From Gekko japonicus (Eukaryota), in assembly GCF_001447785.1 (NCBI RefSeq), contig NW_015168052.1, forward strand, positions 249,736-313,735: a DNA stretch of 64,000 nucleotides, read 5' to 3'. A model generated the notes under the pieces. It did no database searches. It was not told the DNA's origin and saw only the letters and a program-made list of their open reading frames with translations. Numbering within the stretch: the first letter of the stretch is position 1; the number at the start of each line of letters is the position of its first letter. A program made the position numbers and the translations under genes. This document shows, one piece after another, positions 63,721-64,000 of the stretch.

Positions 63721-64000
63721 GACCGATTTCACACAAGAGCTGCGCCGCGGTCGCGCCTCCCTTTGCCCCGCCTCTATTGGTCAACTTCCCACTCGAAGCC
63801 GCGCGGCCACATTTTGACCCACCGCTTCGCCCGATTTCCCCCACGTTTTCGTGATCCTCAAAAAACAGGACCATGAAACCGCGGGGGAAATCGGGCGAAG
63901 TCGCGAGTCAAAATGCGGCCGCGCGGCTTCAAGTGGGAAATTGACCAATAGAAGTGGGGCAAAGGGATGCACAACTGCTGCGCAGCTCGTGTGTGAAATC
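63721..64000. mobile_element. Fold-back palindromic MITE (Harbinger-like), truncated by window end
   Basis: GATTTCACAC...GTGTGAAATC with arms pairing along the whole length, centre ~63863. Confidence 0.8.

Overview
Repeat-dense, apparently intergenic or intronic window of a squamate reptile genome. It is most likely a gecko, judged from Squam3-like tRNA-derived SINEs with (TTC)n tails plus BovB, CR1, Penelope and DIRS content; the assembly has N gaps. No intact, recognisable host protein-coding gene is present. Contents: two closely related CR1 LINE copies (1.1-2.6 kb, 59.8-61.8 kb); a chimeric Gypsy locus (5.8-10.8 kb); a Tf1/sushi-type chromovirus with a visible self-priming PBS, split by CR1 (58.5-62.2 kb); an RT-deleted DIRS element carrying a solo LTR and abutting an L1 (41.1-46.5 kb); a non-autonomous Helitron retaining a Pif1-helicase tail (46.5-47.5 kb); Penelope termini with decayed minimal hammerhead-ribozyme motifs; many hAT and Harbinger MITEs, some nested three deep or built from serial hairpins; a 154-bp tandem array; an exact 161-bp local duplication; a possible env-like remnant; and exon-like segments in unique sequence. 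Family assignments come from motif recognition by eye, not database searches.
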